Shown here piece by piece: positions 20,685 through 24,000 of a stretch of DNA of 24,000 nt. The notes under the pieces are model-generated. The model was not told where the DNA came from, ran no database searches, and saw only the letters and a list, made by a program, of their open reading frames with translations. The stretch's first letter is position 1; each line of letters starts with the position of its first letter. Source of the DNA: Thiotrichaceae bacterium (lineage in GTDB: Bacteria; Pseudomonadota; Gammaproteobacteria; SZUA-140); assembly GCA_002401765.2 (NCBI GenBank), contig NVTY02000080.1, positions 1-24,000 on the forward strand, written 5' to 3'. The translations under genes and the position numbers were made by a program.

Positions 20685-21081
20685 CCCTTCCTCATCAAAA
20701 GGAAATGTTACTTTTTACGAATTTAATACCCAGCGCCCTATTCCTCTTCCCAATACGGTAAGCCTTGAATCACTTATACACGAGAGTGAAGCAGACCCCA
20801 TAAAAGCAAAATATTTATCTGAGGCGCGCAAAGAATTATCAAATGAACTTTACAGTGAAGAATCAAAAACATTGAACGGGTTACGCCTTACTGCTGGCTT
20901 ATCCCAAGTAAAATTGGCAAAGCTAGCTGGGACAACTCAGTCGCACTTAGCTCTCATTGAACAAGGAAAGAATGATCCAGGCACAGGCATGATTGCCAGA
21001 ATCGCAACGGCTCTTAATTTAAATGAAATTGATGTATTTCAAGCAATTCGAAACCAAGCGTGCAAAGACAAAGGTGTTTAA
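20626..21081 (+). CDS. XRE-family HTH protein (antitoxin/regulator candidate) with Ser/Pro-rich N-terminal extension
   Basis: The C-terminal Cro/C1-type HTH reads LRLTAGLSQVKLAKLAGTTQSHLALIEQGKNDPGTGMIARIATALNL. The only canonical in-frame start is ATG 20626, which overlaps the upstream ORF by 59 nt and follows AAGGGGA. Confidence 0.7.
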   Translation: MTILKVISTKESLPIGGISSPSSSKGNVTFYEFNTQRPIPLPNTVSLESLIHESEADPIKAKYLSEARKELSNELYSEESKTLNGLRLTAGLSQVKLAKLAGTTQSHLALIEQGKNDPGTGMIARIATALNLNEIDVFQAIRNQACKDKGV

Positions 21082-21516
21082 GTGATCACATCAAGAACCG
21101 TTATCTCACAATTTTGTGATGACATACGTCATGAATCTGGTAACAAGTACTCTCTAATGGGTTGCTACGGCAATGAGCTATTAGTTGAAAACTTGCCAAG
21201 CCTGCTTCCAAAATTGTGCGTGCAAGTCCGTGCTATTACCCCGATAGACAAGCCATTCACAAAGCTTCTTATACGGGCAAAAATGAATGATGAGATTATA
21301 GCTGAAATAAATGTACTACCAAATGGACCAATAACACCAAATTCAAGTGTTATCGATGCCCCTATTCGATCTGAGTTAAGTGTAATGATAGTGCTTTCTC
21401 CCCTAGCGATTGCAGAATCAGGAAAGTTGCGTATTGAAGCTGAAACAGATGATGAAATACTCCGAGGTGGGGTTTTATTATTCAGAGAAATATTGCCAAG
21501 CAATCACTCTTCATAG
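21082..21516 (+). CDS. Uncharacterised 144-aa protein, third gene of the cassette
   Basis: The GTG start directly abuts the stop of the XRE gene (taaGTG), with AAAGG upstream. The sequence is predicted soluble, with alternating hydrophobic beta-like patterning (SQFCDDIRHESGNKYSLMGCYG..LPKLCVQV). Function is unknown. Confidence 0.55.
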   Translation: MITSRTVISQFCDDIRHESGNKYSLMGCYGNELLVENLPSLLPKLCVQVRAITPIDKPFTKLLIRAKMNDEIIAEINVLPNGPITPNSSVIDAPIRSELSVMIVLSPLAIAESGKLRIEAETDDEILRGGVLLFREILPSNHSS

Positions 21517-21620
21517 TGCATGGCCTGAATCTCATGCAAATGAAATCCTAAGGATATTGCACTGCCCTCCCGGGTTTCGCTGGAAGCTCAGCCCGGGCTA
21601 CAGTTAAAACACCGTTGCTC

Positions 21621-22421
21621 TTATTCTTCGGGGGGTTGGTTTTCGCTGATGTAGTTTGTGATGCGCGCGAAAATTTCCAGGCTTAACACTTCGGCACGCA
21701 GGCTGGGGTCAATTTCAAGCGCATTGATTTCATCACTAGTCATGTATGGCTTTAATGTATTGCGGATTGTTTTACGGCGCTGTGAAAATGCCTGCGTGAC
21801 GACTTTGGCAAACAATGCCTCATCACTTACCTTAACTGCAGGTTCGCTGCGCGGGGTTAAGCGCACAATGGCGGAGTCGATTTTCGGCATCGGGTCAAAC
21901 GATTCTGGGCCGACGATAAAGAGGTTTTCAACCTCGCAGTGATACTGCACCATAATACTCAGGCGGCCATAGGTCTTGCCGCCCGGTTGTGCCGCCATAC
22001 GTTCCACCACTTCGCGCTGCAGCATGAAATACATATCACGAATAGAACTCGCCTGGCTTAGCAAGTGAAAGATCAGCGGCGTTGAGATGTTATAAGGAAG
22101 GTTACCCACCACCCGCAGTGATGATGGTGCTTTGGCGAGTGAGGAAAAATCAAACCTCAACGCATCAACGTTGTGAATATTTAATGTGCCGTGCGCGGCA
22201 CAATTCCTTGCGAGAATCGGCACCAGGTCACGATCAAGCTCAACTGCATCCATCTCACCTAGCTCATCTAGCAACAACGTCGTTAATGCGCCCTGGCCTG
22301 GCCCGATCTCAACGACGTGATCACCCTTGCGGGGAGCAATGGCATTAATGATGCGCAGGATCACTGCCTCATCATGCAGGAAGTTTTGCCCAAAGCGTTT
22401 ACGTGCGCGGTGCTGGCTCAT
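21621..22421 (-). CDS. rsmA: 16S rRNA (adenine1518/1519-N6)-dimethyltransferase RsmA/KsgA
   Basis: The ORF has KRFGQNFL, the SAM motif VVEIGPGQGALT and NLPYNISTP. It overlaps pdxA by 4 nt. Confidence 0.93.
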   Translation of the reverse strand: MSQHRARKRFGQNFLHDEAVILRIINAIAPRKGDHVVEIGPGQGALTTLLLDELGEMDAVELDRDLVPILARNCAAHGTLNIHNVDALRFDFSSLAKAPSSLRVVGNLPYNISTPLIFHLLSQASSIRDMYFMLQREVVERMAAQPGGKTYGRLSIMVQYHCEVENLFIVGPESFDPMPKIDSAIVRLTPRSEPAVKVSDEALFAKVVTQAFSQRRKTIRNTLKPYMTSDEINALEIDPSLRAEVLSLEIFARITNYISENQPPEE

Positions 22422-23452
22422 GGTGCAGTTATCTCTTGATGGCGGCGCATTTCTATCGCCGTGGTGATTGCTGTTTGCAGGCTACCTATACTGGCGCCAC
22501 CCTTCCCGGCCAGATCAAACGCGGTACCGTGATCCACCGAGGTACGGATAAACGGCAGCCCTAAGGTAATGTTGACCGCATTTCCAAAGCCGAGGTGCTT
22601 TAACACTGGCAGCCCCTGGTCATGATACATCGCAACCACCACATCGGAGGCAGCAATCTTGGCTGGGATAAATGCGGTATCTGCCGGTAGCGGCCCTTGT
22701 AACTGAAGCCCTTCTGTCCGCAGTTTCTCCATCACCGGGATAATAGTCTCTAGTTCTTCGCTGCCAAGGTGGCCATCTTCACCAGCATGTGGGTTTAGAC
22801 CACAGACCAGAATTCGCGGCGCCTTGATGCCAAAATATTTCTTCAATTCAATATCGACGATACGCAAATTACCCGCCAGCACCTTTGGGGTGATCGCGGC
22901 ACTGATTTTTATCAATGGTAGATGAGTGGTCACCAGCGCAACTCGCAACCCTTCGGTGGCGAGCATCATCACCACCTGTTCGGTATCACTTTCATCGGCA
23001 AGGAATTCGGTATGACCACTAAAGGAAATTCCGGCGTCATTAATAATGCCTTTGTGTAGCGGCCCGGTCACCAGCGCGGCAAAGCGACCATCGATACAAC
23101 CACGCACAGCAAGACGTAGGGTCTCCAACAGGTAATTAACATTGGCAACATCGGGTTCACCACAAACAGTCTCTTGCGGGCAATCGACTGCCACCACTCT
23201 GATTGCGCCAACAGGTACTAGCGATGGTGCCAGTGCCGCGTCATACAGCTCAATCTTCACATCGATATTTAATTGCTGCGCGCGCAAGCGTAACAATTCT
23301 GGATCGGCGATCACCACCCATTCAACCGGCAGTGCTTCCTGCGCTAACTGTATACAAAGGTCAGGACCAATACCGGCTGGTTCGCCCGCTGTAATCGCAA
23401 TCGGTGCTGCTAGACCGGTACTAGTCGTCAAGGCGATACTCGACATAGGCAT
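22418..23452 (-). CDS. pdxA: 4-hydroxythreonine-4-phosphate dehydrogenase PdxA
   Basis: The ORF has ITAGEPAGIGPD, GHTEFLA, CGLNPHAGE, MYHDQG and TSVDHGTAFD. The start may instead be the ATG at 23446. Confidence 0.92.
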   Translation of the reverse strand: MPMSSIALTTSTGLAAPIAITAGEPAGIGPDLCIQLAQEALPVEWVVIADPELLRLRAQQLNIDVKIELYDAALAPSLVPVGAIRVVAVDCPQETVCGEPDVANVNYLLETLRLAVRGCIDGRFAALVTGPLHKGIINDAGISFSGHTEFLADESDTEQVVMMLATEGLRVALVTTHLPLIKISAAITPKVLAGNLRIVDIELKKYFGIKAPRILVCGLNPHAGEDGHLGSEELETIIPVMEKLRTEGLQLQGPLPADTAFIPAKIAASDVVVAMYHDQGLPVLKHLGFGNAVNITLGLPFIRTSVDHGTAFDLAGKGGASIGSLQTAITTAIEMRRHQEITAP

Positions 23453-24000
23453 CTTCGCGTAACTTACGCAACCAACTCAGATGCTCTTCTTCAGATTTGC
23501 GCTGAAAAATCAGGTCGCGCACTTTGGCATGATTGTGCGCTTCGGTATTATCAAATTCTCGATGCGCCAGCACCTGTGCCATATGCCAGCCAAACTGGCT
23601 TTCAAACGGCGCACTGATCTCGCCATCCTTCAAATCAAAGATCACCGCCTCAAACGATTTCACCATCACACCGCGGCTCACCCAGCCAAGGTCGCCACCA
23701 TTCGCGGCACTACCTGCATCATCAGAATAACTTTTTGCTAGCACGGAAAAGTCTTCGCCCGCTTCGATGCGTGTGCGCAAACTATTAAGCTGCTGCACAG
23801 GGTTAATTAGGTTTTCTGCCTCAGCTTTCGGCTTAATCAAAATATGACGCGCCTGCACCTGCTTAACCATGTGGCGCTCGGCATCACGGAAATCAAACAA
23901 CGTCACAATATGAAAACCACTCGCGCTGCGGATCGGCTCACTCACCTCGTTCACTTTCATGTTGACCACTACGTCGGCAAACAGTGTCGGTAACTCACCT
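23421..24000 (-). CDS. surA: Periplasmic chaperone / PPIase SurA (C-terminal part; gene continues past the window end)
   Basis: Parvulin-type motifs are present (HILIK, GGDLGW, FGWHM). The frame stays open to position 24000 (GELPTLFADVVVNMKV). The surA-pdxA-rsmA order is conserved. Confidence 0.88.
   Translation of the reverse strand, partial: GELPTLFADVVVNMKVNEVSEPIRSASGFHIVTLFDFRDAERHMVKQVQARHILIKPKAEAENLINPVQQLNSLRTRIEAGEDFSVLAKSYSDDAGSAANGGDLGWVSRGVMVKSFEAVIFDLKDGEISAPFESQFGWHMAQVLAHREFDNTEAHNHAKVRDLIFQRKSEEEHLSWLRKLREDAYVEYRLDD

Noticed and set aside
21569-21597. cccggg ... cccggg hairpin downstream of rsmA and the cassette as a terminator or REP element
   Set aside because: The stem is only 6-8 bp with a loop of at least 14 nt, and there is no flanking T run on either strand. 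That is too weak to call.

Overview
The window looks like a gammaproteobacterial chromosome. The core blocks are surA-pdxA-rsmA, groES-groEL with a CIRCE operator, fxsA, cutA-dsbD-tlpA-like, thiS, tRNA-Gly, asmA-mutY-yggX and an FGE-family lipoprotein. Three segments look foreign by composition and content.

(1) 1-2114 is the right end of an element. Its only visible gene is a large serine recombinase with three lesions: the catalytic Ser is replaced by Pro, there is a +1 frameshift, and there is an in-frame TAG.

(2) 2115-8153 is a roughly 6-kb island inserted in the 3' half of tRNA-Phe(GAA) and bounded by a 45-bp direct repeat. Reading away from the tRNA it carries a frameshifted tyrosine integrase, a small HTH (excisionase/AlpA/PrtN-like) gene, an intact plasmid-type repA, and a composite oriV (two iteron families, two DnaA-box-like sites, an AT-rich tract). 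Beyond that lie a 5'-truncated second tyrosine-recombinase-domain gene coupled to a small ORF, a 164-bp inverted-repeat element, a hairpin-rich non-coding stretch, and a conserved hypothetical gene broken by an 8-bp tandem duplication.

(3) About 19970-21620 is an AT-rich three-gene cassette between the groEL terminator and rsmA. It encodes a RelE/ParE-like protein, an XRE-HTH protein with an N-terminal extension, and an uncharacterised 144-aa protein.

The best candidates for an undescribed system are this cassette (possible tripartite TA or defence module) and the integrated replicon-like island, whose int-HTH-rep-ori order resembles phage satellites or integrative plasmids. All functional calls come from reading the translated ORFs and from remembered family motifs. 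No database search was possible.
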